Below, one piece after another: positions 1 to 11,445 of a stretch of 64,000 bases of DNA (position 1 is the stretch's first letter; every line of letters begins with the position of its first letter). The notes beneath the pieces were generated by a model. That model searched no databases. It was not told the origin of the DNA and saw only the letters and a list, made by a program, of their open reading frames with translations. Position numbers and translations under genes: made by a program. The stretch is from NCBI GenBank assembly GCA_031835245.2, contig JAVKOQ020000076.1, positions 62,001 to 126,000 of the forward strand, given 5' to 3'. The stretch comes from Balamuthia mandrillaris. Taxonomy: Eukaryota.

Positions 1-2
1 TC

Positions 3-3000
3 GCCCTTTCCTCTCAATACGAGGAGGAGGAGGAGGAAAGCGACTCCTCCTCCGTTGAAAATGGAGAAGAAGACGAGGACGAAGAGTTTCCGATCAAAGA
101 AGAAGACGACGATGATGAAACAGAAGAAGAGGAGGAGGAAGTCGTTCTAGTGGATGAAAAGAAGAATGATAAGCAGGAGCAGAAAAGAGAGAAGAAGGGA
201 AGGAGAAAGAAGAAAGGTGAAACGCAAAGAACTACGATTCTTTGGGATTGGGGAGGAGAGGAGCAGCTCTCTGATGAGGAGTACAGAGAAGAAGCCGGTT
301 GGGTCTTTCCCACCACTGTCATTCCCATTTCTTCTTCTTCCTCTTCTTCCAAAGCGCTGAAGACAACAAGAACAACGAGTAGAAGGAGAGAGGAGGACGA
401 GGAAGAGACGGAAGATACGACCGAAGAGAGAACCGAAGAGACAGAATACACGGAAGAGACAGAGGGAGAAGAGGAAGAGGAAGAGGATGACAGCGACGTA
501 GAAGGCGATAGAGCACAGGACCAGAAAGTCTCTACCGCCACAAACAGTTCTTCCAAAGAGAACAACAACAACGATCCAAAGTCGGCTAATGTGAAGGAGG
601 GCAGCAAGAGGACAAAAGACAAATGGAAGACTCTGATTCTTGGGGGCACCCGCAAGGCCATCGGCTCCTCCTCTCGTTCTCCCTCGTTGGCCGTTCTTCC
701 CAAGAGAAAGCACAGAGAGAGGGGAGAGAGGAGCTCCTCCAAATCGAGCAAAGATAGCAACAACAGTCGAGCCGAGGCCGAGAGAAAAAAGACATCGGCC
801 TCTCCACCAAGAAAACGGGCTAGCTCCGCTGCCACCGCTTTCTATGGCGGGGCTGCTGGCTCCTCCGCCTCCTCTCCCTCTTTGTCTTGTGCTCTCGCCG
901 AAGAAGAGAGTGGAGCTACCGCAACAAGGGTTACAAAATCCTTGGAAGAAGGAGAGGACAGAAACCAGAAGACGAAAAAGCTGTTGCAGGCTGTCAGCGG
1001 AGAGTCCAGCCAACGCAACAAAGTTTTGTTGCAACAAGGACGAAGCACTTCCGGGGTGATTGTACCTCCGTCGCCATCTGCACCAACATCCACTTCCACA
1101 GGCTCACCAATCCTGCATCCTCCGCACAAAGATCTTCCTCCTCCTGTGAACGATCCTTTGATAATGAACGTTTCGATGAGAAAGGACTCTGGAGGACTCA
1201 AAACGCAACCGCAATCCCCTCAGCAGCAACAACAACAGCACAGCCAACTGCGCAGTGCGTTACAAAGCGAAGCGACGATGATTGAGTATAGAGAGAAGAA
1301 GATTGGCCATTACGATGGTCACTACCATCCTGTTTACAAGAAGGTACCTTTCTTGCTTCTCCCTTCATCCCTCTTTGTTCCTTTGTCGTCGTTTGCGTTT
1401 TCTCACCTTTCTTTTTTCCTCTCTTAAGCATGGCATCGGTAGGTTCGAATACGAAGGAGGAGCCGTCTATGAAGGGCAGTGGCGTCACAACGAACGCCAC
1501 GGCTACGGCAGCCTGCAATACGAAACCGGAGAGAAGTATCAAGGCCAATGGCATGACGATCTAAAGCACGGCAATGGTATTTGCGTTTGGCGCAACGGCG
1601 ACGTTTACGAAGGTCAATGGAGCAACAACATGGTTGTTTACCTCTTGCTTTACCTTCGTTTTTTTCTTGCTTATTTTCTTGCTCGTTTGCGACCTTCTAA
1701 CCGCCTTTGCTCGCTGTTCTTGTTTGTTCTGTTTTGCTGTTCGGTTTCTCTACTTATCTCTTGCAGAGAAATGGAGAAGGCATATATAAGAAGCAAGGAC
1801 TGTATACATTTGCTTCCCAATGGAAAGACGATTGGCCTTGTGGCGTTGGTAAGATTGACAGTGTGGCTGGACATGTGTACATAGGAGAGGTTCTTCCGTG
1901 CCCCGAAGGTTTCTCTCTCTCACTCTCTCACACACATACTTATAACGACCAATGGCTTTAACAATTGCTCATTGACAGGCCCAAAGAAGGCAGCTAAATA
2001 CAGGCATAGACCATTTTCTTTCCTTCAAAACGGAAAAGGCATGATGATATACCCGAATGGAGACAAGTACTTTGGCTTTTGGAGAAAGGGCAAGGTTAGC
2101 TTTCTTTCTTCAAAGGACTTTGTCTTATTATTATGTCCTGCTGAACAATATTTCCCCAGAGAGAATCGTTTGGCATCTTCATCAAGAAGAACGGAGAGCA
2201 GTACTTAGGCACCTGGAAAAACGATAGGGTACGGGCTACTGTTATTGAAATATCTTTCAGGCTTTCTGATTGTGTCATTTCCTCTCTACAGCCTCATCAT
2301 CTTGGCTTTTGGAAATATGAAGATGGATCTGAATATTATGGCGAGTTTGGTATGTTTTCTCTTCTTCCTGTTCTGCTTTTTCGTTTGTTTGTTCTTCTTC
2401 TCCTTCACCTTCTGCTTTTTCTTTCTGAGTAATAACCTCCTTTTGAAACAGAAAAGGGATGGGCAGAAGGCAAAGGAGACATGCTATTTCCGAATGGTGC
2501 CACTTTGTTGGGCAACTGGCAAAAGGATGTGGCAAGCAAAGCTTTATTCGAAACTGGGACCAGCAAATCCTCACATGGCAAGGTTCGCTTTTTCTTCTCT
2601 TTCTCATTCTCTATATGTGTTTTTATTATTCTCTGTTTTCTCTTTCCACTCACAACAATGTCATTAGACGAAAGCTTCAAAAGAATTTCTGGAGCTGCGC
2701 AGACGACGTTCCAAATGGACCATCCTGGTTGATAGCATGCTCTTTGCCGAAAGCGATGGCGATGTCGCCTCTCTCGCTGCTAGCAGCACTTCCATTCTTT
2801 CGTCTGCTTCCACTAACAACACGAATCCTTCAGCTTCATCATCCTCTCTAGGACTTGGACACAATAACAGCAACAATTCGTTGCAAGACAGCAGCAACAA
2901 CCTGCTTCCTCTCAAATCTTCTCCCTCAACAGAAGAGAATAACAAGGACAACGACTGGAAGTTGGACAAAGACAAAGGCATTATCGTCTCCGAGCTCTTT

Positions 3001-4444
3001 GAACTTCCTATGGAACGCCTCCAAAGACATCCCGTCATGCGACTCGTCAAGTTCTGGCTGGAGTTCTTCCATTGGGCCTATGGCAGCGACCCCATTCCTC
3101 CCCAACCTGCTCGCTTGGAGCGGAGAGTGAAGGAAGCGGTGGAGGATTGCAACTCCTTTGTGGCATTTCTGACGACCACCGGCAACGTCCCGTTCTATGA
3201 CGAGAGCAAGGAAAAGATGCGCGCGTTCAGAGGGTTCCTGGCGGTTCACTTGATGCCAACCGTGCGCGCTGTGCTGTGGCCTATGTACTTGCGTCTGGTT
3301 TGTAGTCTTTCTCCAAGCTCTCTTTCTTTGATTCTGCTTTTGTTTGTTATTTATTTATATCCTTAATTATTGCTTCTGTCTTCTGCTTTCTTTCCTCTTT
3401 CTCTTCTTTGTCTTTTTCATCTTGCAGTATGCAAAGAAGAATGCTTTCTATGCGGCCAAGTTCTCAACGTTGGCCGACGCTACGATGGCTGAACTGGGCG
3501 TACGAAAACGTTTTCGTCTTGAAAAGAAGCAGACTGCACAAAGACCAACGACCCTACTCCCTCCTCCTCGTTCTTCTTCCTCGGACTATTCAGAAGACAA
3601 CAAAACTGCAACACCAGTTCCTCCCTCATCTCATTCCGCTTCCGACCTGCGTCACTCTGCCGAAGATTCTTCATTGGCATCCTCGTCCGCTTTACCCCCT
3701 CATCTTCGTCCTTCGTCTCACAACAACACAAAGGCTCGAACCCATAGTGCTCCTCCTTCTTCTTTATCTTCTCCTTCTGCTCACAAGAAAAAACATCGTC
3801 ATTCCATCAAAAAATCTTTGACGGTTGAAGAAGAAGAAGAAGCGCTCAACACCAAACAAAATTCTTCTTCTCCACCCCATCAAGAAGACAATCGTCCTTA
3901 TGGAAAAGCCATCGACAATCTCTCTTCTTTCAGCACCATCGACCCTGTCCTTAAACTTCACTGTCTTCTTCGTACCTCTCAACTCATCATCGATGCCATT
4001 CACGACCACAATTCTTCCTCCGATTCCTTTCATTATTTAGCATTAGGAGCGGAAGACAAGTTTCCCATATTTCAGTATCTCCTTATCAAAGCACAACTTC
4101 CCAACATCTACTCCGAGCTTCGTTTTCTCCAAGACTTTGTCTCCATTCAGCTCTTTGACGACCTCTTTCATTATTTTCCTTCTTTCTCCTTCTCTTCTTC
4201 CAGTTCGCCTTCGAATTCGTCAGCCGAAGAGGCTGAGTTGGAATCCGCTGCTGAGCTAATGGATGAGAGCAGCGCGTTTGTTGGTGGCATTGGAGGAGCG
4301 GCTGAGCTCGAGGGCAAATACCGGTTGACAGAGTTGGAGGCCGCCTTGGAGTACTTGGCTAGCTTGGACCGGGAGGTGAGGGCGCCGCCCAAGCGCACCT
4401 TGGTGCCATTGACTTTCTTCTCGGATCGTGTTGTATGTTTTTGT

Positions 4445-4484
<40 letters not shown>

Positions 4485-5142
4485 TTCTCTTCTCTCCTCT
4501 CCTCTCCTCTGGCTTATTTCTGCATTTTTTATAATACAGAGAGAAACAGTGGAACAACATTACCAACGTAAACCGTTTATGAACAAAGCGCCGCTCAACA
4601 TCATTAACGTTCCCAACCCGATCATCCCTCTATCTTCTTCTCCTCAACAAAAAGGTGAGGGTGGAAGGGAAAAAGAAAATGAAAAAGAAGCATCAACAAC
4701 GAAAGAGAAGGACGTTACGCAGCAGAACATTCGAATGGTGGAACGTTTACTTTCTTTGGTCATGAGGTTGTGTCGTCACCGTTACAACACCAACAGCAAC
4801 AACAATGGTCAGCATGAAGAAGAACGACCACCCACAGCAAAAACAAAAGCATTCATACCCTTAAGCGAAGAAGAAAAGCGGTTCGTTCGTAAACACCGTG
4901 CAATGATGCATGAAGTAATGGAAACGCTTGGCATCGCCGTGGAGACATCAAACAACAACAACATCAACAGCAACAACAAGACATCTTCTCCAAGCGAGGC
5001 AGAAAAGAAAGAAAGAAAGGAAGACGAAGCAGGAGAAGAAGTCATCCGGTTGAAGTTTTCTGCTGAAACGGTGCCAGTGTCTGTGCTTCAGGACGTCATG
5101 GAAATCTTGCAGTTATGCCTGCACGAATTGCGCTGGACTTGA
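3..5142 (+). CDS. MORN-repeat + VPS9-domain protein (alsin/ALS2-like Rab5-family GEF), multi-exon, 5' end outside the window
   Basis: Frame is open from position 3. Intron 1344-1428 joins in frame to MORN repeats (YEGQWRHNERHGYG, YQGQWHDDLKHGNG, YFGFWRKG). VPS9-type motifs LGAEDKFPIFQYLLIKA...YSELRFLQDF...EGKYRLTELEAALEYL lie at ~4040-4360. Last exon ends at TGA 5142. Confidence 0.85.
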
Positions 5143-5238
5143 GCTGTTTTGTTGTAGAAATATAGCTCTTTTCGTCAAGTTTTACTGCTCCATTTGTGCT
5201 GTGTTTTTACTTAATTAAATTCATTTTATTTAAAATAA

Positions 5239-6624
5239 ATGAATAAAATATATAAATATAGCGTTACTTGTGGAAAGGACCCTACGGGCGTTATGCAAAT
5301 GCTGCAGGAAGAACGCACCTCTTTGCAACGCAACAGGGCCGTATGTTTTATCTGCGAGAGCTATGTGACGTCCGATGCCTACCTACGATGCGCAGGCAGA
5401 GAATGTGGAAGGCTCTTTTGCTTGCGTGAAGAATGTCTTTCCCAATTGGAGGACTTCTTTCCAGCAGGCCATGAACTCTGCCTCTTATGCACAGACTCTC
5501 CCTCTCCATCTTCATCTCCATCTCTGTCTCCGGCTGCTTCTTCTTCTGCTTCTGCTTCTGCTTCTTCTCCTTCTACACCCCCTTCTCCTTCTCCTTCTCC
5601 AACTTCAACTTCTTCTTGTTCTTCCCCTTCTCCTTCTTCTACTTCTTCTACTTCTGCAACTTCCTCCCAACAAACAACCGCTATATTAAAAAGCGAACCT
5701 ATCACAACTTCAAAAACCACAACAGAGAAAGAGAAAGAGAAGGAGGAGACCTCCCCGTGGATCCCTGTTGCTTCTGACTGTGGTAGAAGTCCTTCGGTCT
5801 CTCCCATCGGCAAACCCAAACGTCCACGCTGGTACGAAAAGGTGTGGACGGACTTCTTTGGGAGCGACGATCCCTCCGAAACGCGCCCCTGTCCCATCTG
5901 TCAAGCTCCCCTTCATAGAGGCGCGCGCTGCGGGTGGAATGTAGCCCACATCATCCCTCAAATGTTTCTTCGGAGGGAAGAACCACAACAACAAGAACCG
6001 AGGCAAGAAGGAGAACGAAAAGAGAAGCAGGGGAGCAGACCAGTGCTGTGCAGAGACCCCAAATACTTGTTACCCATCTGTGTGTCGTGCAACAATGCAA
6101 TGGGCACGGGCAACCTTCTGGACTTTGTGGCGGTGAACTATCCTAACAACTTGTGTCCCATCGTGGAGCGGTTGTACAAACTTTATGGCCTAGCTGACTA
6201 TCCGACCATCCCTATATTCGTTTGGATGAGTTATGGAGGAGGAAGTCTGCAACAAAGGAATGAAGATGGCAGTAACGTAGAACGAGGGAGAGGAAGAGGC
6301 AGAGGAAGAATTGAATGCATGCACGTTTACGAGTATCTAAGCCTTCATTCGTTGCATCACCTGAGAGGAAAGATAGGTTTTGGGGGTAATGATGGCGGTG
6401 ATGGAGAGAAGGAAAGAGGAGAACGCGAGGGATGGGAAGTGATGATTCAACATTGCGAAGAGTTGCAGAGAAGAGTGGATTTGTTGGAGGAGAGAAACAG
6501 ACAGCTGCGGAGGGAGCTGGAAAACCAGAAAGAGAGAAAGAAGGAAAAGAAAAAGAGGAAAAGAGAAGCGAAAGCGAGAAAGGAACTTAAAGAAAGAAAG
6601 AAGGGAAAAAGCAAAAAGAAATAA
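5239..6624 (+). CDS. Cys8 (PHD/FYVE-like) finger + Zn-binding HNH-like endonuclease domain + coiled coil/basic tail; intronless, paralog A
   Basis: C-x2-C-x11-C-x4-C-x4-C-x4-C-x14-C-x2-C finger; VW...CPIC...AHIIP...YLLPICVSCNNAMGTGNL; Lys/Arg-rich C-terminus. True start may be the ATG at 5293. Confidence 0.75.
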   Translation: MNKIYKYSVTCGKDPTGVMQMLQEERTSLQRNRAVCFICESYVTSDAYLRCAGRECGRLFCLREECLSQLEDFFPAGHELCLLCTDSPSPSSSPSLSPAASSSASASASSPSTPPSPSPSPTSTSSCSSPSPSSTSSTSATSSQQTTAILKSEPITTSKTTTEKEKEKEETSPWIPVASDCGRSPSVSPIGKPKRPRWYEKVWTDFFGSDDPSETRPCPICQAPLHRGARCGWNVAHIIPQMFLRREEPQQQEPRQEGERKEKQGSRPVLCRDPKYLLPICVSCNNAMGTGNLLDFVAVNYPNNLCPIVERLYKLYGLADYPTIPIFVWMSYGGGSLQQRNEDGSNVERGRGRGRGRIECMHVYEYLSLHSLHHLRGKIGFGGNDGGDGEKERGEREGWEVMIQHCEELQRRVDLLEERNRQLRRELENQKERKKEKKKRKREAKARKELKERKKGKSKKK

Positions 6625-6771
6625 ATCGTTACATTCCTTTCGAACCTAAAGGACCGTTGCTCAAGAGATCTCACGTTGACGATAAGGAAATGTAACTGTA
6701 ATTAACCAGAATGAAACAACACAATAACAGGCACAACAAAAAAGCAGCCAAACCTGCTCTCAACACAAGCC

Positions 6772-7761
6772 ATGCAAGGCGGACCGCACTTCATAGGGGA
6801 AACATGCTTCACTTGCTCCGATCCTTTATCGATGCTGACATCCATACAATGCTCCAGGTGCAGCCGCTGCTATTGCCAGGAGTGCAACCAAAAACATCGC
6901 TTGTTAAAGGAGGAAGACAGAGGCTGTACATATTGTGAAGGGTCTCCCAGTTTCCTTGAACCTGCTGCTTCCCTTCTTGGGGCTTCTTCATGTGCTGCTG
7001 CCACCATCCAAACCTCACTTTTGCAAGATTTGCCCCTCCACAGCTTAACAGCATCCACATCAACAACAAGCTCCCGCCAAACCTCTACAAGAAGGAGGTC
7101 CACAGGAGGAGCTTCCAGCAGCAGCCGAAACCGCTCTGAAGCTCAAGAAAGGGTGTGGAGCGACTTTTTTCAGTGCGACAATCGAGAGGACTGCCGACAT
7201 TGCCCTATCTGTCAAAAGGAGTTGAAACGAAACGATTGCAACGTGTGGGCTCGGGGCCATATTGTGGCTAGCACGTTCCTCCGTAAGGAGACAACACGAC
7301 AGGAGGATGAAACAATGCACCCCAAGTACTTGGTTCCCATTTGTGTTAGCTGCAACAGTGCTATGGGCACTAAGAATATGTTGGACTTTGTGGTCGGCAA
7401 CGAGAAGTACCGTAACAACCTCTATACCATCGTTAACCGAATGTATCAACTTCATGGGCAAGCCTATCCCACCCTTCCTATCTTTGTTTGGATGACCTAC
7501 GGTGCCGGTAGCGTCGGTATGACTGGGGAGGGGACCAACGGGCGAGTGCAAAGCAAGGAGGTGTACGACCAGCTGGAGGCACAACACCTGCTGCGAAAAG
7601 TGGCGCTCTTGGAAAACGAAATAGAGCAGTTGAAGAACAACAAGAGGCAGCAGACAAGCTCGAGGAACAAACGAAAAAAGACCACAACGGAACGAGAGGT
7701 GCGCCACAATAGAGGAAAGAAGAAGCGAAAGAAACAGGACAAGAAAGGGCAAAAGAAGTGA
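6772..7761 (+). CDS. Cys8 finger + HNH-like endonuclease domain + coiled coil/basic tail; intronless, paralog B
   Basis: C-x2-C-x11-C-x2-C-x4-C-x2-C-x13-C-x2-C finger; VW...CPIC...GHIVA...YLVPICVSCNSAMGTKNMLDF; shares PT(I/L)PIFVWM(S/T)YG with paralog A. Confidence 0.78.
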   Translation: MQGGPHFIGETCFTCSDPLSMLTSIQCSRCSRCYCQECNQKHRLLKEEDRGCTYCEGSPSFLEPAASLLGASSCAAATIQTSLLQDLPLHSLTASTSTTSSRQTSTRRRSTGGASSSSRNRSEAQERVWSDFFQCDNREDCRHCPICQKELKRNDCNVWARGHIVASTFLRKETTRQEDETMHPKYLVPICVSCNSAMGTKNMLDFVVGNEKYRNNLYTIVNRMYQLHGQAYPTLPIFVWMTYGAGSVGMTGEGTNGRVQSKEVYDQLEAQHLLRKVALLENEIEQLKNNKRQQTSSRNKRKKTTTEREVRHNRGKKKRKKQDKKGQKK

Positions 7762-7777
7762 CCGTTGTCCGTCTGTA

Positions 7778-9471
7778 TTATTGAAAAGTAACTCTTTTCT
7801 TTGCTTGACGGCCCTTTGTGGAGTCATCTTCCTCGTTCTCACTTTTCTCCTCGTCCTTGTTCGAAGGAGGAAAGGAAGGCGAAGAGGAGCGAGGCGCAAA
7901 GTCGGGTCGCAATCCAGCTTTTTGCCACTCCACAAACACACGAAGAATCTCTGCAAAAGTGGGCCTGAGCAGCGGGTCGTGCTCCCATGATTGGGTTACA
8001 ATTTGGGCTAGCACGGGTGGCATGTCCTCTGGAAGGGCTGGTCTCTTTCTGGCTACAACCATATCGTCTTTTTGAGGCACACAAGTGAGAAGGAAGAAGA
8101 AAGAAGAGAAGAGAGAAGCAGAGAGAAGAATGAAGAATGAAGAACAAGAAAAGCCAAAGAAAAGGACTTACTGATGCTAAGCCCAGACTCGAACATAGGA
8201 CGACGGGTATACACCTCCCAAAAGATTATACCAGCTGAGTAAACGTCGGCAGGATAGGAGTACTTTCGTTGATAGACTTCCGGTGCCATGTACATGTTCG
8301 AACCAGCGATTGACAGCAACATTCCGCTCTTCTTCGTATCGTAGGAGAATGGAGAGATGGTGCCTGAACCAAAGTCGGCTACTTTGAGGTTGAAGTGAGC
8401 TCCCACCAAGAGATTCTCCGGTTTGAGGTCTCTGTGAATGATGTTCATGGAGTGGACGTAGCGAAGAGCTTTGCACAGGTCGATCATCATGCTCACTCGG
8501 AGATGCATCGGCAGTTCTACACGTTCGTCCATAAGAACGGACCTAAGGCTTTTGCGTTGGAGATATTCGGAGACTATGCAGATGTGAGGCGGTTGAATGC
8601 ATGCTCCATAAAACGAAACCACGTTTTCGTGTCGTAAGGAACTGTATTGAGAATGTTGCACACACAACAAGAGAATTATTAGAACAAGCAAGAGAGTAAG
8701 TATCATAAGAAGAAAAAAAGGAGGAGGAACAAGAAGAACAGGAAGCAAGAGAGTAAGCATCATAAGAAGAAAAAAAGGAGGAACAACAAGAAGAAGAACA
8801 AGAAGCAAGAGAGTAAGCATCATAAGAAGAAAAAAAGGAGGAAGAACAAGAAGAACAGGAAGAAGACCTGATAATTCGCATTTCGCTGCAAAAGTCCGCC
8901 AGGTCACGAGGACTGTTGAGCAATCCCTTTTTCAGTCTCTTGACAGCGACAACACTATCTCTGTACACAGCTTTCCAAACTTCTCCTCCTGTTTTTTCAA
9001 ACAGCAACACATGAGATAGCAAAGTCAAGGATTATGATAATCCACGAAGAACAAGAAGATGAGGAGAAGAAAAGGACATCAAGAGAAGAGAGAGAGAAGA
9101 GATACAAACCGCTTCCGCCTCCAACAAACTCGATCAACTCAAGTTCGTTATAGTTGATGGTCCAATTCTTAACCATAGGATCCACCGAAACACCTTCCAA
9201 CACCGCATTCGTTTCGTCTTCCTCCCCATCGGAGAAAGGACTTGTCATCAAAGAGATGGAGTCACGCGATTGAATGGATGAAGTGTTTTCTCTGTTGCTG
9301 TTTTTACCGCTTGACCCAAAGAAAAGGAAACCAGGGGAGGATTCTCTGTTGGAGCCGTAGTTGAAGGTCGTTTGAGGAGAACGAAGGATGTTGACTTTCT
9401 CCATCTTTCGATAGTTTACCATTCCATGATCCAACATTTCTGAGAAGAATGGAATGAGCAGATAGGAGGGA

Positions 9472-9517
<46 letters not shown>

Positions 9518-10831
9518 ACAGAGACACAATACCCAATACTTTGCTGAAAATGAGCAAGGAACCAGGAGCGAGCTCCGTCATGAAGTAGAATGGACCGATA
9601 TAAACCCAATAATACTTGCTGTCGATCAGTTTTTCAAGCGTGCTAGGGATCACTCCAAGGCATGTGTCTGCCAAGCGCCATACGCGAGCTAACATCCAAA
9701 ACAATAGCATCATGTCCACCTTCGCCATGCAGAGAGTGAATAAGAAGGACTGAAAGAAGAAGAAAGGAAGAAGGAAGAAAGCAAGACGGATAAAGAAGCA
9801 AGGAAGGAAGGCAGCCAGAGAAGAAGAAGTACCCGAGAAAGGTTGGCCGGAAAGCTCGGTTGAAACGTCAACATGTGTGGATCCCCTCTCCTCTTGGCTC
9901 GTCTTACAAGCAAGTGTACGGAGAGGAGAGCGCCCGCTGCGATGGCTATCACCAACAGCTCGAAGGAGATGAGGTAATAAGCGTCCACCAGCTGGAAGAA
10001 ATGGAACCTCTTCCCGGCAGAGGACAGCATGGCCAGCCAGATGGTCACTTGACCCAACAGCATTCCGGCGATGAGACTGTATTGCGTCCGTGAGAGCCAC
10101 TTTCGGACTTTCTTGAAGCGAAACTTTTCGCCGACGTGCCTTGCTGTGGCATAGGTTCTCACCCTGTTGTCAAGAGTAAGTCAACAAAGAAAGCAGAAGA
10201 AGAAGTATGAATAGAAGAAGAAGAAGAAGAAGAAGAAGAAGAAGATGAAGAAGAAGAACAAGAAGAAGGAAGAAGAAGAAGAAGATGAAGAAGAAGAAGA
10301 ACACGAAGAAGAACTAGAAGAAAAAGGACAAGAAGAAGAGAAAGCAATGGACCAGAGACGAATGAGAAGGATGCAAGCGGAAAGGTTGAAGAACTCTGGG
10401 ATCCACCATAGCAGGTAATACACTGGAAGATCAAAGTTTGCTGGCATGGTCGCGAAGAATACGCCTCGAACTAATAGAGTCCGGTTAAGCCAACGAAGAG
10501 AGGAACGACGAAGAACAGAAGAGGAGTAACACAAACCAGCGGCGCTAAGAACAGCAAAGATGAGCATCAAACGAGTCATGAACTGGTTGATCTTTTTGCC
10601 CTTGGCACGGATGAGAATGGCCCGCATGGACTGCAACACCGCCAAACACACAAACATCAAGGCGAAGGTCACGCAAAAGGCCGTGTCCAAATGTCCTGTA
10701 TAGATCACCAAAGAGTCTCCGCTCTCATCCTCGTGGCTGCTGCTGCTATGACTCCCTGCTTGACTTCCGGTAGTTGTTGCTGCCTCTTCCGCCAACACGG
10801 ATGCCAAGGCATCGACCCGGAAGACCAGCAT
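7778..10831 (-). CDS. Multi-pass (about 7 TM) membrane protein fused to a TKL-group protein kinase, multi-exon
   Basis: About seven hydrophobic segments in the 5' exons (last: YIGPFYFMTELAPGSLLIF). Kinase motifs VGGGSGGEVW, VAVK, HRDLKPEN, DFG, YMAPE, ADVYSAG, WEHDPLLRPTF. Confidence 0.85.
8686..8866. repeat. About 60-bp tandem repeat x3 inside a kinase-gene intron (8642-8867)
   Basis: AAGCAAGAGAGTAAG(T/C)ATCATAAGAAGAAAAAAAGGAGG recurs with 60-bp period. Confidence 0.9.
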
Positions 10832-10984
10832 GGTTGTTTTGTGGTTTTGCGCCTTTGTTGTTGAGCCTTTTGTTGAGTGGACTATAACGGAATGATGCTT
10901 AATTCATTAACAACAACTGAAGAAGGTTACGCATGCAAGTACCAGAAAATGGCGTTCCTTCCACACGGGTTGTCGCTACAAGCG

Positions 10985-11190
10985 TTAGAGGCGGGGTTCC
11001 CCCAACCTTGCTTCGACTTTAGAAGGGCAGTACCAATTGGCAGCGTACTTGAGGAATCGGTCATCCTGGTTTGCAGCCCAATATCTTGCTTCTGAACTCA
11101 TACCCAGCCACGGAGTACTCCTTTCTGCACGGCAGTCCGTAACCAAGCCACCTCTTCCTCCCACTGCACCTCCACTCCTTCCAAAGCGCT
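10985..11190 (-). pseudogene. Decayed fragment of the neighbouring Sel1-repeat gene family
   Basis: 11141-11178 AACCAAGCCACCTCTTCCTCCCACTGCACCTCCACTCC differs at two positions from 12752-12789. The peptide DDRFLKYAANWYC matches DDRVLMSAARWYC of the intact gene. The frames are shifted and internal sequence is missing. Confidence 0.8.
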
Positions 11191-11445
11191 CCATCAGTTT
11201 GCACTGAGAAGGAGTAACGGATCAAGGGAGGGAATCAAGCCTCGCCTCCAATGGTCAGGTCCTAACGGCAAGCCCGCATTGCCCTAACAAAAGGATAAAG
11301 TAAGTCGGCTCATCTGTGTGAGTTTGGAAGCAATAAGCATGGCTTGCAGCAAGAGACGAGAACCAAGTTACCCTTGCCAGAATAATAAAAGTGTATTTGA
11401 ACAAGTGTTACAAACATTGGGATTCAAGTAAGTTTCCTTTTAGTT

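Noticed and set aside
5239..7761. Fanzor/TnpB/IscB nuclease
   Set aside because: No RuvC motifs or transposon ends seen; only an HNH-like domain.
10890..10922. Box C/D snoRNA (ATGATG...CTGA)
   Set aside because: Box C is imperfect, the spacing is too short and there is no terminal stem.
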